NCBI RefSeq assembly: GCF_037042905.1 | Contig: NC_087252.1 | Span: forward strand, 17,546,001-17,610,000 | DNA length: 64,000 bases | DNA from: Lytechinus pictus | Taxonomy: Eukaryota | Direction of reading: 5' to 3' | Shown: in pieces, positions 1 to 12,299 of the stretch | Layout of the letters: the number at the start of each line of letters is the position of its first letter | How positions within the stretch are numbered: position 1 is the first letter of the stretch | The notes under the pieces: model-generated | What the model saw: the letters and a program-made list of their open reading frames with translations, nothing else | Database searches by the model: none | Told to the model about the DNA's origin: nothing | Program-made: the position numbers and the translations under genes

Positions 1-169
1 ATGTTTAATTAGTGATTATTTTTTTTTGCCAGTTAATTGTAATTAGGCCCGTGTAACCTCCATGCACCGCTATAGCGCCCACATACATTGTATACAAGGC
101 ATGCACAGCGCTGCCGTACACCGTACCGTATGTACACTCTAAAAAGGAAATGCTAATCTAGCACTTAAA

Positions 170-731
170 AGGAAAAGTCCACCCCAACAAAAAGTTGATC
201 TGAATAAAAAGAGCAAAATCCAACAGGCATAACACTGAAAATTTCATCAAAGTCGGATGTAAAATAAGAAAATTAATTACATTTTAAAGTTTTGCTTAAT
301 TTCCCAAAACAGTTATATGCACATCCTGGTCAGTAGGCAAATAAAGAGACTGGTGGCGTCATCCACTTTTCCAATTTTTTTCCTTGTTGCCAAGTGAAAA
401 AAATGATAAATTCCTCCATGAACAGTTTGAATTAGCATTGTTTAATACTATATGGTTCAGTCAAGTTGGTCCTTATTGTCAAATCTGTAAAAAATGAAAT
501 ATTAGATAATTTAAACAATAAAAAACAAAAGAAATAGTGAGTGAAGGACATCATCGACTGTCTCATTTGCATGTCACTGAGTTGTGTATATAATTGTTTT
601 GTAAAATATGTGAAACTTTAAACTGTAACATTCTTATTTTACATCCGATTTTGATGAAATCTTCAGCGCTATGCTAGTTCGATTTTTCTCTATTTATTAA
701 AAGCAACATTTATCTGGGGTGGACTTGACCT
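170..731. mobile_element. Non-autonomous DNA transposon (MITE), TTAA-flanked, Kolobok-like termini
   Basis: Imperfect TIRs AGGAAAAGTCCACCCC... / ...GGGGTGGACTTGACCT, continuing inward (ATTTCATCAAAGTCGGATGTAAAATAAGAA vs TTCTTATTTTACATCCGATTTTGATGAAAT). TTAA at 165-168 and 732-735. No coding capacity. Confidence 0.75.
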
Positions 732-836
732 TTAATGGGCTTGTATACGTGACTGCTCTTCGAGCGCTGATTTTCAAGTTCAAATTTGATTGACTAAATC
801 AGCACTCAAAGTGCAGTTACTATACAAGCCCATTAA
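732..836. repeat. ~105-bp imperfect hairpin, probably the core of another MITE
   Basis: TTAATGGGCTTGTATA...GCGCTGATTT pairs with AAATCAGCACT...TATACAAGCCCATTAA. Confidence 0.7.
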
Positions 837-2047
837 CATGATTAAGTACCGTGATCCCGTTCCGTACGGTAGACCCCATGTTTACCCCAGACCCCAGTAT
901 ATATTTAGTTCCCAAGACCCCTTATTTTACCCATGTGGTCAGTTCCTTAGACCCCAATTTCAGAGTTTCGTGAGGCACACCCCATCAAAAAGTAATTTGA
1001 GTGCCCCCCCCCCCCGGTGTAAAAAAATATTTTTGCTATAAATAAGATATATTAGACAAGGCAAGATCATTGTCTTATAGTGCTAATTATGGTGACGAGA
1101 TGAATTTCAAGTCTACTCGTACTCATTAAAGCAGCAGTACATGCAAATCCTAACACAAAAAAAAATTGAAAGACGTTTCCTTGTTTATTGTTTTTGTTAT
1201 TGATAGGAAACCTATATCCCCATTATTGTTATTTTCTTAAATGATATAATTACTTTTTGTTTTCAAGATTTATCAATAATTTATTGGCAAGATATAAGAA
1301 ATGTACTTCAGTGAGTACTCTTACGCACGTTTTGGCATTAAAAATACACTTTGACAAACCATACCTTACCTTTCCAATACACCATTTTCCAAGAAAAAAA
1401 AAATATGCATATATTTTGGGTAAAAAAGTGGACACAAGAATCCGCATCTAAACGTTTATATACCTATCGTCCGCATCTTTTCCCGTAGGTATATACATGT
1501 AATAAAACAAATTGGCGATGGGAAGGGATCCGCGGAGATCCGCAGAAAAATGTACTTTTTTGGGACGCAACGGTGGACGCCGAGCACTGTGTGACTGAGG
1601 CTTTAGGTACATAAACAGGATTATAAGACACAAACGTCCTGGTCAAGCAAACGCTCAAGCTGCTATGACGAAGCTTTAAAAAAAGCAAATGTTTAAAAGA
1701 ACAAGCAAAATTTACGCTCTATGAATACGCTTTTTAGCAACAGCTTATTCGTGAAAAAAATATCAACTTATAATTACTTGTTAAAAATTATTTGTGAGTA
1801 CATTTTGACCTTTGAAAGAGCAAACAGCCCCCTTATTTTTTCATTATATTTTTGTATTAGATGTATCAATGAGTTCACGAGTATTTGGTTCCTTGTTTCG
1901 ATCTCATATGAGAGAATTCGAGAGAAGACGACGACTGCCTAAGGTCTACCACCCAAAACCGAATGCAGATGTTACCAAACTTCTTGATATGCTAGAGGCA
2001 GATCACCAGGAAGATTGAGTGAGTACTTTAAAATCTATATAGAAAAT

Positions 2048-2690
2048 AAAGTTTACCCCAACATAAAAATCCAGCGAACTCAGCACGGAAAATGTCATCA
2101 AAATTGGGGGTGAATAAGAAAGCTATGTGCATTTTTAATTTTGGGCTTAATTTCACAAAACAGTTAAATGAACATCCAGGTCGGTATGAAAATTATGGGA
2201 CTGATTACGTCACCCACTCACAATTTCTTTCGTGATTCATTATATGAAAAAGGAAATGTCTTATTTTCCTCATTGTGAAACAAAGAGGAAAATAAATCTG
2301 TCGGATCCCTCGGACGTCCGCATACTCGCTATAACCTTCGCCCTCGCACCGAAGTCTCCATCACTTGACAAAGTTGAGCAGCAGCCAACGAAACGTCGCG
2401 TCGTGAACTCTCTTAGAGTTTCAACCGCTTCGCCAGACAACTGATCAACCAACTCTAAAGATTTATTTCTCCTGAATAACTCGAACCACTATGGAACTTT
2501 GTGGTTCAGTCAGGTTGGTCAATACGTTGTCGAATCTGTAAAAATTGAAATATGGTTTACTTCAACCAATAAAAGATAAAATAAATAATGAGTTAGTAAA
2601 ATCATTAACTCTCTCATTTCCATATCCCTGGGTTGTGCATATAATTTTATGGGACAAATAAGCAAAAATTTAAAATGTCATTACCTTTTA
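2048..2690. mobile_element. Degenerate copy of the 170-731 MITE family, with an unrelated insert at ~2300-2470
   Basis: Shares blocks such as GGTTCAGTCAGGTTGGTC, AATCTGTAAAAATTGAAATA and AACAGTTA with 170-731. Further decayed copies seem to lie near 23400-23950 and 55960-56450. Confidence 0.55.
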
Positions 2691-3179
2691 TTGAACAATC
2701 CTAATCCCATTCTACACCTATCCACCGGGTCCTGACAATGACTTCTATATTTTGAGCAGGTTTTCTATACTTGATAAAATTATGGTTAACGTAACAATTT
2801 TCCATAATTAAAATAAAATCCATAATTATTTAACCCTAAAACATTCTTCTAAAATTAAATGTCATGATTATGAATAATATGATTAATAAACTACATATAT
2901 TTCTGAACATTTTCTTGTGGAATTCATTACATAAACACATTAATTATACATGATGCAGAGGCGGATGTACCTTTTACCAAAGAGGGGGGGGGGGGGCTTT
3001 CCATGGGCAGTCATTCATTTTATTTATTTATTTATCTTGCTCATTCAACAAAAGTTGATATTCCATGACGCCCTGGATAACAAACGATACAACTATATAC
3101 AATTAAAATCAATCAATGGTGATAATGTATATCCAGTCATCAGTTCATATGATATTGTTAAAATACAGACGTATAAAGT

Positions 3180-3793
3180 TACAACAGCATTATATAAAGT
3201 AATACATAAAAAGAGATGATAGTTAAAAACATCAGTCCTGAAAGGGGAATTGGTATTGCATCCCAGTTGATCGGCCTAGGCAAGATTGAGGAAATGTCTT
3301 TTAACAGAAAGTTTGACATTATTTGGGGTTTTAACATTTTTAACACTTTGGGGGAGTCTATTCCATAGAACGCTTGCATCATAACATAAAGCAGTTTCAC
3401 AATAATCGGTACGGCCATGATGAGCACTTTGTCGAGTATTTGCATTATGAACTTTAGATATTTCTTTGAAAACATTTTTAAAACAATCTGCTGATAAGTT
3501 ATGAAGGCATTTGTAAATAAATATACACCTGAGGTATTCTACTATTTTCTTTAAAGGCATCTATATTAAACGTCTAAACATTTCATTAGAGGGGGTTTAC
3601 ATATACAGTTTAAAATAAGTCTTGATGCCTTATTTTGCAATTTAGTCAACTTATCAATTTGAGCTAAATAACTATTCCCCCAAATTTCGCAACAGTAATC
3701 CATTTGTGTTTGAATGAGGCATACATATAATAATTTCATTGAAGCGTCATCAGCATATGGTTTGACTCTTCTGAGCATGGCAAGTCCTGCAAA
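3180..3793 (-). pseudogene. 3' part of a degenerate CR1/L2-group LINE ORF2 (post-RT region)
   Basis: Translations LLYVCLIQTQMDYCCEIWG...KLQNKASRLIL and LWNRLPQSVK match the typical C-terminal region of CR1/L2 ORF2. Frameshifted; continues at 12300-13470. Confidence 0.85.
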
Positions 3794-5259
3794 TGGATCG
3801 TCGAAGACTACGAAATAACAGAGGCTAGGAAAGCCGCTTTAAATTGGATAGTTAGGCAGGCTCACTACCGTGTATTATTCAATCTGTATAAACATAAGAA
3901 AACGAAGTGGATCATAAATATATGTCCAATGCTTTGACAAAAATAAATGTTTTCATAATATTCCCAAAATTGTCATCTCTTTTAAACAATAAGGAATATA
4001 AATCTAATTATCATTCATATCAGGTGTATAGAACGAATATATATAAACAAATATCCGAGTTTTCCTCGATAGAAAAACCAGTTTAAAATTTGTCCATTTT
4101 CTTTAACGTCTTGAAAAAGACTAACTTAAATACATGCATACATATTTGCAATAAATCAAAGTGAACTGCTTAAATATATACCTTTAAATCAACTTTGCGT
4201 TCCCACTTAGTAATTTCTATATTCTGAACAAAATTACCTTAAAAGGTAAACAGACAGCAAACTTGTCTGCTAACTTCAGCTTATATCCAAATAAGTCCGG
4301 TAAGAAATAAATTACCAAGGTGTTTAATTATTATTTATCCCAATTTTGACATTATCAGAAAAATCTAAAATATAGACCGAAAGCTTTCTTTAGCTAGCGG
4401 TTGCACACTAAAATTGAATGTGCGAAAAACGGAACGAGTGACCCTGACATGACCTTGCACATAATTAAGCCTCGTTCGTATGAAAAACTTCTGACCAAAA
4501 ATTGTCTTAACAAGTCAAAATTATTTTGGTTACAAACGCACAAATTCTTAAAGTGCTTTATAAATGTTTACTCAAATATATCTGACTGAATATAATTAAA
4601 TGCAAACAAATCACGCAATTTAAAGACCACGCCCATACACGCACGATTCGTGCCATCAAGCTCCTAAAATTCACCTTTGTTCATTTCATAAGCTTAATTT
4701 TCCTTTAACTCATACTACTTTACTTTTCTTGAAATAATCTATTAAAAGCTTTTATTTAGTTTCACAACTTCACTCTTCTCATAAAGTACAACTAACCTCC
4801 TAATTAAGTGTGCATAGCTAATCGCGTTCATTTCACATCCACTGATTGTACATTACACATATCTATGGCGTTCATTACACATACTGCGTGTTCATTACAG
4901 TTCAAGTATCTGCATACGATTTTTAATGCACTTTTTCTGCTCATTCACTGAAAAATATCTCTAGCTTTTAGCACCTCCAAAAAATATAACATTTCTGTCA
5001 TCAAACTTACTTCTTGGGCGGCATTTCCCAGTCAACATCAAGTAAAACAAGATAATTTCATTTTCAAGCGTCCCTTCTCCCTGTTCTCTGCAAACTAACA
5101 ACGTGGCATCTGCGAAATGCATATTCATGAGCAGAATTACATTACTTACGAAAGCTTCAGGGTAGCACCAAAGTGACAAATTAAACCTTGAAAATACATA
5201 TAATAAAAATGTGAAAGAAAAAGACAAATTCATAATTTTAAGGTTTGTTCAGCAAACCA
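3794..5259 (-). repeat. 3' LTR of the BEL element (1466 bp)
   Basis: Near-identical to 10831-12299 (about 5 differences seen by eye). Minus strand starts TGGTTTGCTG and ends CGATCCA. Confidence 0.95.
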
Positions 5260-5272
5260 TCCTCCCCCCGCC
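5260..5272 (-). other. Polypurine tract
   Basis: Minus strand GGCGGGGGGAGGA directly abuts the TG start of the 3' LTR. Confidence 0.85.
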
Positions 5273-5525
5273 AACAGTAGCGGAAAAGAGCTAAAATTCT
5301 CCTGACTGAATGAATTCTGTAATTATTATTTTATTTTATTTTTGTTTACAGACCAGATGAAAAATATTCAAGTTTTGCACCGACATAAAATTCAGGAGTA
5401 TCAAAAGCAACTTTCTTTCAAAAAATTCAAATTTTGCACCGACAAAAATTCAGGAGTATCACAAGCAACTTTCTTTCCTCAATGGCATTGAAAAACCAAA
5501 ACACAATTTATGAACTCCATATTGT

Positions 5526-6407
5526 CTACTCCTCATACCCTTCTGCCGGATATATTACAACAATCTTCGAAATCGGCCGCTTATAATCAGTACCTTTAGA
5601 TTGTACTTTAACTGTTCGAACTTTCCCATCAGTCCCAGGATACACTTGGATAACTTTACCCAATGTCCACTTTCCTCGAACTGCATTAGGGTCAGAGAGT
5701 ATAACCACGTCATCGATTCGGACGTTCCTTCTGTCACTGTTCCATTTTCGTCGTGGCACCAGTAGTGGAAAGACGTCCCGCATCCAACTCTTCCAGTACG
5801 CGTCGACGATTCGCTGGACAAACTCAAAGCGATGTCTCGGGTTCTTCGTCTCTCTGAAGGGTCCTTGAGGGACTGCGCTCGAAGATCTTCCAAGCAAAAG
5901 ATCGTTTGGACACAGATATGCTCCATCATCGGGATCATTCGGAGTTCTTCCGATAGGGCGCTGGTTGACGAGATTTGCGACCTCTTGGAGACATGTATGC
6001 AACTCAAAGGGTGTGACCAGTTGATCCCCGACTGCTTTCTTCAAGGCGATCTTGCAACTTTTAACTAACGCTTCAGCACATCCATTGTGATGCGGTGCAG
6101 ATGGAGTGGTGAACTTCCATGTCGTTCCTCTCTCGGCGCAGAAGTCCTTTAACTCCTCATAGCTCCAACCTCTCACCATCTCCCGTAACTCTCTTTCTGC
6201 CCCTACGAATTGTGTACCGTTGTCACTTAGCAGTAATGCAGGCTGACCCCGCACAGCAAAGAATCTTCGTAGTACCTGCATGAACTCCATGGATGAGCAA
6301 TCAACGGCCACTTCAAGATGTACCGCTCTTGTATTCAGGCAGGTGAAGAGGACCCCATAGTGCTTGGCGGTCTTGTTCCTTCCAACTTTGACTGATATCG
6401 GTCCAAA
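5526..6407 (-). CDS. BEL integrase core and C-terminal part of pol, cut off from the upstream ORF by a 1-nt frameshift
   Basis: Adding one T at ~6405-6407 restores [39 protein letters not shown]. Followed by [20 protein letters not shown] and the BEL-type [25 protein letters not shown] tail. Confidence 0.9.
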   Translation of the reverse strand, partial: [293 protein letters not shown]

Positions 6408-9400
6408 TAGTCGACAGATGAGAAGTGAAACGGTGGTGTATATGGGGCAACTCTCTCATCTGGTAGATCAGACATGACTTGTGACTCAACCTGATGCTCC
6501 ATGCGTCGGCAAATCACACACCTATACTTTACAGTCTTAGCCAGTTTATGAATTTTCAGGATCCAGTATTGACGTCGAACCTTCGCTGCAGTAGCTGCCA
6601 CGCCTCCGTGTCCTAGCTGATGCATATGTCTCGTTATCAGCACTGATACCCAAGCTCCATGTGGCAGCAGAGCAGGGTGTTTGTGCTCATAAGAAATCAG
6701 AGCCTTGTCTAGTCGCCCTCCAACTCTGATAATTCCCTCGTTGTCTATAAAAGGGCTGAGAGTCTTGAATTCTCCACTCTGTACACGTTGATACAAGGAA
6801 CTCTGGGCTTCCTTAATTAGAAAGTGTTCAGCTTTCTGCAACTGAGTTGTCGATAAGTTTCCATCTCCAAGATTGACATTAGACTTTGCCCGAAGTACAG
6901 CTTTGAGCTTGTCGATGAACTTTAAAACATAAGCCGTTACTCGGATCAGTTTTTTCCAGCTGGAGAATCTCTTGACATCGATCACATCATTGTTCTTGAC
7001 TGAGATATGATTAACCCTTCGTCGTTCTGCTTCAATCTCAGTCTCTGCTTCTGGAATAGCCTTTTCTGACGGCCATTCCTCGTAAGATCTGTACAAGAAC
7101 GCAGGTCCTTGTTTCCATCTTTCTGAGAGCTTCCTTACTGGCAGGCCCCTGGAGACGTCATCTGCTGGGTTCAGCTCTCCGGGAACATACTTCCATTGTG
7201 CAGGGTTGGTATAACTTTGGATTTCTCCAATCCTTGCTGCGACGAATGGCTTAAATCTCCTACCCTCACTTCGAATCCAGGAGAGGGCAATCATGCTATC
7301 AGTCATGAAGATGATCTTTTCAGGCTTCAGACTCAGTTCTTTTATCACTGTTGTGTAGACTCTTGAAGCCATTACTGCCGCCTGAAGTTCAAGTCTAGGC
7401 ACAGTCATCTTTTTCAGGGGAGCAACTCGAGATTTGGCAACTACAAATCTAACAGCATATTTACCATTTTCCAGCTTCCACTGCAAATACACACAGACTC
7501 CAAATGCTACCTCAGATGCATCAGCAAATATGCACAGTGAAGGGTGACCAACAGCCATTGGTGGAGTCAGGCATCTCTCATATTTGATATCATTCAAGTC
7601 CTGCATCTCTTTCATGAATGTCACCCACCACTCCTGTAGATCGGGAGGCAGAAGTTCATCCCAATCATATCCTCTTTGCCACAACTGCTGCATTCCAATC
7701 TTTGCACGAACTAGAAAGGGGGCAGCAAATCCTATCGGATCAAATATTCGTGCAATTCTACTCAGAATCTTCCTTTTGGTAAGTACACTCGATTCTTCTT
7801 TTCCATCATTAGGAAAACTGCTGACTGTGTCCTTCAGTTTGTAGAAGAACATATCTTGCTGGTTGTCCCATGCTATTCCCAGCACTTTGTCTTCCAAGGC
7901 GGCTTCGATGATTTTTGTTTTACCTTCCTTCTTACTTTCTCCTCTCAAAGCTTCGTTGCTGGTCCAGCCTTTAACTTTAAAGCCACCTTCCAAAAGTACT
8001 TGATCAATTTCACTTGTCAGCTGCTCTGCTTCGCCTACATCTCTCACCGAGTCACATATGTCGTCCATGTAGACACTCTCCTTCAGTACCTGTGCTGCTT
8101 TCGGATATCTAGCCTCTGCTGCTTCTGCTGTCATCCTGAGTGCCAACTGGGCCATAGCTGGTGCTGGCTTGTCGCCAAATGTAACAACTTTCATAATGTA
8201 AACATCTGGCTTTTTATCAGTCTCCATATCTCGCCACAGGTACCGATGTACATTCATATCTCTCTCAGGAATTGAGACCCTGTGATACATCTTAGAAATG
8301 TCACCACAAAATCCTACTTCATTCATCCGGAATCTCAGCAACACTCCAAGCAGATCATTGAGAAGATCTGGACCCTTTAGCCAATAGTCATTTAAGCAAT
8401 GGCCCTGATATGATGAAGACGAATTGAAGACGATGCGTACAGGGGTACTTCTCTTCTCAGGCCGGAGAACAGCGTGGTGGGAAATGTAGTGAACAGGACC
8501 CTCGTACTGATCTACTTCATTCTCTGTTAACTTTCGTGCAAATCCATTCTCTATCAGTTCCCTCATTTGTTTTCTATATGCATCTGCATGGTCTGGGTTT
8601 CGAGCTAGTCTTTTCTCAGTCGAACACAGTACCTTCTCTGCTTGTGCTCGATTGTTAGGAAGTAGGTTGGGATCCTTTCTCCATGGATAAGCAATCTCCC
8701 ACTTGTTTCCAACCTTTCTACTAGACTCTCTGATAATCTGCTCCTCAACCTTCTCCTGTTTGCTCAAAGGGCTTGGCTCACAATGGCAGGAACTAGACTG
8801 CACCCCCATAGATTCTGAGCTCCAGAAATCGGTCAAGTCAATTGGGGATGTCAACTTCACATGCAGCACATTCATCCTATCATTCCTTCTTTTGGGAGCA
8901 CCAAAGATGACCCAGCCCAGTGGGGATTTTCGGGCTGCTAACTGTCCCTTCTCTCTCGTTTCACCAAGATGCATCTTTGGGTAGTCAATACCTATGAGAA
9001 GATGAACTGACCCACTTCCTCTGCGTAGATCCTCAGACTTCAGATTAAACTGCTTGGAAATTTCATTCATCTTCACTTGTGCAATATTTTCACTGATACA
9101 GGGTAATGCCACTGCTGCTAAAGAATGAATGGCATTGGTAGAGAGGGACCTCACTTTTATCTGATACTGTTTGGTTTTCATCTGCTCTTGCTCTCCACCA
9201 ACCTTAGTGATTGTGATATTTATGTTGCTTCCCTTCAGATTCATCTCCTTAGCAACAGACATCTTGATGAGGCTTACTTGAGCTCCAGAGTCTAAGAGCA
9301 CATTTCCCTTACAGACTGCTCCTTGTTGCCCCAGGATCTCCGCTGTAACTACGGGTAACAGTGCCTCAGATTTGCCCGCAAAGGCGACATCTACATTTCC

Positions 9401-10723
9401 ACCTCGGACCTCTGTTGAAGCATGAAGGAGGGGGTGGTGGAAGTACTTGCATGGTTCTCCGGCAGTAGTTTCACTACATCGACGTTTCCGTTTACAGTTT
9501 GACATTCTGTGATCCTTACCAGCCTTCTTTAGACAGCTAAAACAGGCATGATGATCCTTGAGTAGCTTCAGTCTCTCGGATTGTGACATGGCTAAAAACT
9601 TACGACACTGATCAAGCCAATGTGATGATGTTTCACAGAGACAGCATTTGTGAAATAACCTCTGGACTTTGTTTTCCTGGCTGGCTACTGTCTTCCCGAC
9701 TAGATGTACACCACTTGACTTCGAATCACTTCGGACTGGGGCCGAAGCTCTCATCCTTGACTTCAGTTCAACTGTAAGCCATGTCAGAAACATTTCAAAG
9801 CTTGCCTTGCCACTTGCCTCTTGATGCCTAAACCACACCAGTCGGTCTTCCGGGCTTAGCTTCTTTTCCATTATGGCAAGCATATGCCTATTGTTCAAAT
9901 TTCCTGGCTGGTTGATTTCCATGAGGGTATTGTAACTCCTCCGAACGAGATGCACAAACTCACAAAATCTTTCATCTTCTCCGCTTTTGAGTGGTTTGAC
10001 TTTTGAGATGTCATTGATTATAGCGTCGGCAACAAAGCGCTCATCTCCATATATCATGTCCAACTGTTCCCATGCTGCTTGGTAGTTATGCCCAATTCCT
10101 TTAATCAACTGCAAGGGTTTGCTCTGTAAACATGACCTCAGAATCATTAGGGCATCTCTATCCTCATACTGTCTGCCAACAGCATGTAAAAAATCTGCCT
10201 TGAAAATGCAGTAATCACGGATGTTGCCATCAAAGGTGGGAAGTTTAGGCCTTTCCATCCTATAAACAGATCCTGTCATTCTCCTTCCTGCTTCAGGAGG
10301 CTGATTTGTCTGTCTTGGTGACTGATCTTGCTGTTCATCTGCTGATAAAGTTGTTTCCATACTCTGATGGCTTGTCGATGCTCTAAGATGATGCTCTTGG
10401 AGCTGCTGTGCTTCTCTGTGGCTCTCATTATCTTTGCAATAGTCTCTTTCAAGGATCTGCAGCTTCAAAAATGAATTGTGGCACTCTTCCATCCACAACT
10501 CTTCTCTTTCAAATTCCTCGTCATCCTCTAGCACTTCCGAATAACTGTCATGCTTATTTTGTAAATCCTCAAAAGCACCAGCATACTGTGCAAACGATTC
10601 CTGAACTTCTGGAACAGGTCGCTCTCCATCGATCAAGCTGTGAAGGGCCTTTCCAAACCTGGACAACTTGGCTTTTGCCCCTCTCCGCTGCAGGCGCAGA
10701 TTCTTAACCTTCTCGGCTGACAT
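6335..10723 (-). CDS. BEL/Pao Gag-Pol polyprotein (gag with zinc knuckles, aspartic protease, RT, RNase H, integrase zinc finger)
   Basis: 1462-aa ORF with KLPTFDG gag motif, three Cys/His knuckles, LLDSGAQ protease, RIVFNSS/KGPDLLNDL/GDISKMY/YMDD RT motifs, FADASE...KSRVAP...VPRLEL RNase H, NPADDVSRG, and HQLGH...CVIC integrase zinc finger. Confidence 0.96.
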   Translation of the reverse strand: MSAEKVKNLRLQRRGAKAKLSRFGKALHSLIDGERPVPEVQESFAQYAGAFEDLQNKHDSYSEVLEDDEEFEREELWMEECHNSFLKLQILERDYCKDNESHREAQQLQEHHLRASTSHQSMETTLSADEQQDQSPRQTNQPPEAGRRMTGSVYRMERPKLPTFDGNIRDYCIFKADFLHAVGRQYEDRDALMILRSCLQSKPLQLIKGIGHNYQAAWEQLDMIYGDERFVADAIINDISKVKPLKSGEDERFCEFVHLVRRSYNTLMEINQPGNLNNRHMLAIMEKKLSPEDRLVWFRHQEASGKASFEMFLTWLTVELKSRMRASAPVRSDSKSSGVHLVGKTVASQENKVQRLFHKCCLCETSSHWLDQCRKFLAMSQSERLKLLKDHHACFSCLKKAGKDHRMSNCKRKRRCSETTAGEPCKYFHHPLLHASTEVRGGNVDVAFAGKSEALLPVVTAEILGQQGAVCKGNVLLDSGAQVSLIKMSVAKEMNLKGSNINITITKVGGEQEQMKTKQYQIKVRSLSTNAIHSLAAVALPCISENIAQVKMNEISKQFNLKSEDLRRGSGSVHLLIGIDYPKMHLGETREKGQLAARKSPLGWVIFGAPKRRNDRMNVLHVKLTSPIDLTDFWSSESMGVQSSSCHCEPSPLSKQEKVEEQIIRESSRKVGNKWEIAYPWRKDPNLLPNNRAQAEKVLCSTEKRLARNPDHADAYRKQMRELIENGFARKLTENEVDQYEGPVHYISHHAVLRPEKRSTPVRIVFNSSSSYQGHCLNDYWLKGPDLLNDLLGVLLRFRMNEVGFCGDISKMYHRVSIPERDMNVHRYLWRDMETDKKPDVYIMKVVTFGDKPAPAMAQLALRMTAEAAEARYPKAAQVLKESVYMDDICDSVRDVGEAEQLTSEIDQVLLEGGFKVKGWTSNEALRGESKKEGKTKIIEAALEDKVLGIAWDNQQDMFFYKLKDTVSSFPNDGKEESSVLTKRKILSRIARIFDPIGFAAPFLVRAKIGMQQLWQRGYDWDELLPPDLQEWWVTFMKEMQDLNDIKYERCLTPPMAVGHPSLCIFADASEVAFGVCVYLQWKLENGKYAVRFVVAKSRVAPLKKMTVPRLELQAAVMASRVYTTVIKELSLKPEKIIFMTDSMIALSWIRSEGRRFKPFVAARIGEIQSYTNPAQWKYVPGELNPADDVSRGLPVRKLSERWKQGPAFLYRSYEEWPSEKAIPEAETEIEAERRRVNHISVKNNDVIDVKRFSSWKKLIRVTAYVLKFIDKLKAVLRAKSNVNLGDGNLSTTQLQKAEHFLIKEAQSSLYQRVQSGEFKTLSPFIDNEGIIRVGGRLDKALISYEHKHPALLPHGAWVSVLITRHMHQLGHGGVAATAAKVRRQYWILKIHKLAKTVKYRCVICRRMEHQVESQVMSDLPDERVAPYTPPFHFSSVDYLDRYQSKLEGTRPPSTMGSSSPA

Positions 10724-10830
10724 ATTTCTTAAAGACTTCTGATCCCTGATGTAAAGAGTCGTCAGATCCAGACAGCAGACTACTTGTGGTGACCATCAGC
10801 CCTCTTCCCAGATGAAAGAAATTGAATTGT

Positions 10831-12299
10831 TGGATCGTCGAAGACTACGAAATAACAGAGGCTAGGAAAGCCGCTTTAAAATGGATAGTTAGGCAGGCTC
10901 ACTACCGTGTATTATTCAATCTGTATAAACATAAGAAAACGAAGTGGATCATAAATATATGTCCAATGCTTTGACAAAAATAAATGTTTTCATAATATTC
11001 CCAAAATTGTCATCTCTTTTAAACAATAAGGAATATAAATCTAATTATCATTCATATCAGGTGTATAGAACGAATATATATAAACAAATATCCGAGTTTT
11101 CCTCGATAGAAAAACCAGTTTAAAATTTGTCCATTTTCTTTAACGTCTTGAAAAAGACTAACTTAAATACATGCATACATATTTGCAATAAATCAAAGTG
11201 AACTGCTTAAATATATACCTTTAAATCAACTTTGCGTTCCCACTTAGTAATTTCTATATTCTGAACAAAATTACCTTAAAAGGTAAACAGACAGCAAACT
11301 TGTCTGCTAACTTCAGCTTATATCCAAATAAGTCCGGTAAGAAATAAATTACCAAGGTGTTTCATTATTATTTATCCCAATTTTGACATTATCAGAAAAA
11401 TCTAAAATATAGACCGAAAGCTTTCTTTAGCTATAGCGGTTGCACACTAAAATTGAATGTGCGAAAAACGGAACGAGTGACCCTGACATGACCTTGCACA
11501 TAATTAAGCCTCGTTCGTATGAAAAACTTCTGACCAAAAATTGTCTTAACAAGTCAAAATTATTTTGGTTACAAACGCACAAATTCTTAAAGTGCTTTAT
11601 AAATGTTTACTCAAATATATCTGACTGAATATAATTAAATGCAAACAAATCACGCAATTTAAAGACCACGCCCATACACGCACGATTCGTGCCCATCAAG
11701 CTCCTAAAATTCACCTTTGTTCATTTCATAAGCTTAATTTTCCTTTAACTCATACTACTTTACTTTTCTTGAAATAATCTATTAAAAGCTTTTATTTAGT
11801 TTCACAACTTCACTCTTCTCATAAAGTACAACTAACCTCCTAATTAAGTGTGCATAGCTAATCGCGTTCATTTCACATCCACTGATTGTACATTACACAT
11901 ATATATGGCGTTCATTACACATACTGCGTGTTCATTACAGTTCAAGTATCTGCATACGATTTTTAATGCACTTTTTCTGCTCATTCACTGAAAAATATCT
12001 CTAGCTTTTAGCACCTCCAAAAAATATAACATTTCTGTCATCAAACTTACTTCTTGGGCGGCATTTCCCAGTCAACATCAAGTAAAACAAGATAATTTCA
12101 TTTTCAAGCGTCCCTTCTCCCTGTTCTCTGCAAACTAACAACGTGGCATCTGCGAAATGCATATTCATGAGCAGAATTACATTACTTACGAAAGCTTCAG
12201 GGTAGCACCAAAGTGACAAATTAAACCTTGAAAATACATATAATAAAAATGTGAAAGAAAAAGACAAATTCATAATTTTAAGGTTTGTTCAGCAAACCA
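10831..12299 (-). repeat. 5' LTR of the BEL element (1469 bp)
   Basis: Direct repeat of 3794-5259. Confidence 0.95.

Larger units (their letters stand above)
3794..12299 (-). mobile_element. BEL/Pao LTR retrotransposon, full length (~8.5 kb), recent
   Basis: Two ~1.47-kb direct LTRs (TG...CA on the minus strand), a polypurine tract, and a gag-PR-RT-RNaseH-IN polyprotein with BEL-type motifs. Confidence 0.96.

Noticed and set aside
4401-5233. 62- and 90-aa ORFs repeated at 11440 and 12001
   Set aside because: Chance ORFs within the two LTR copies, with no recognisable domain and no env-like features.
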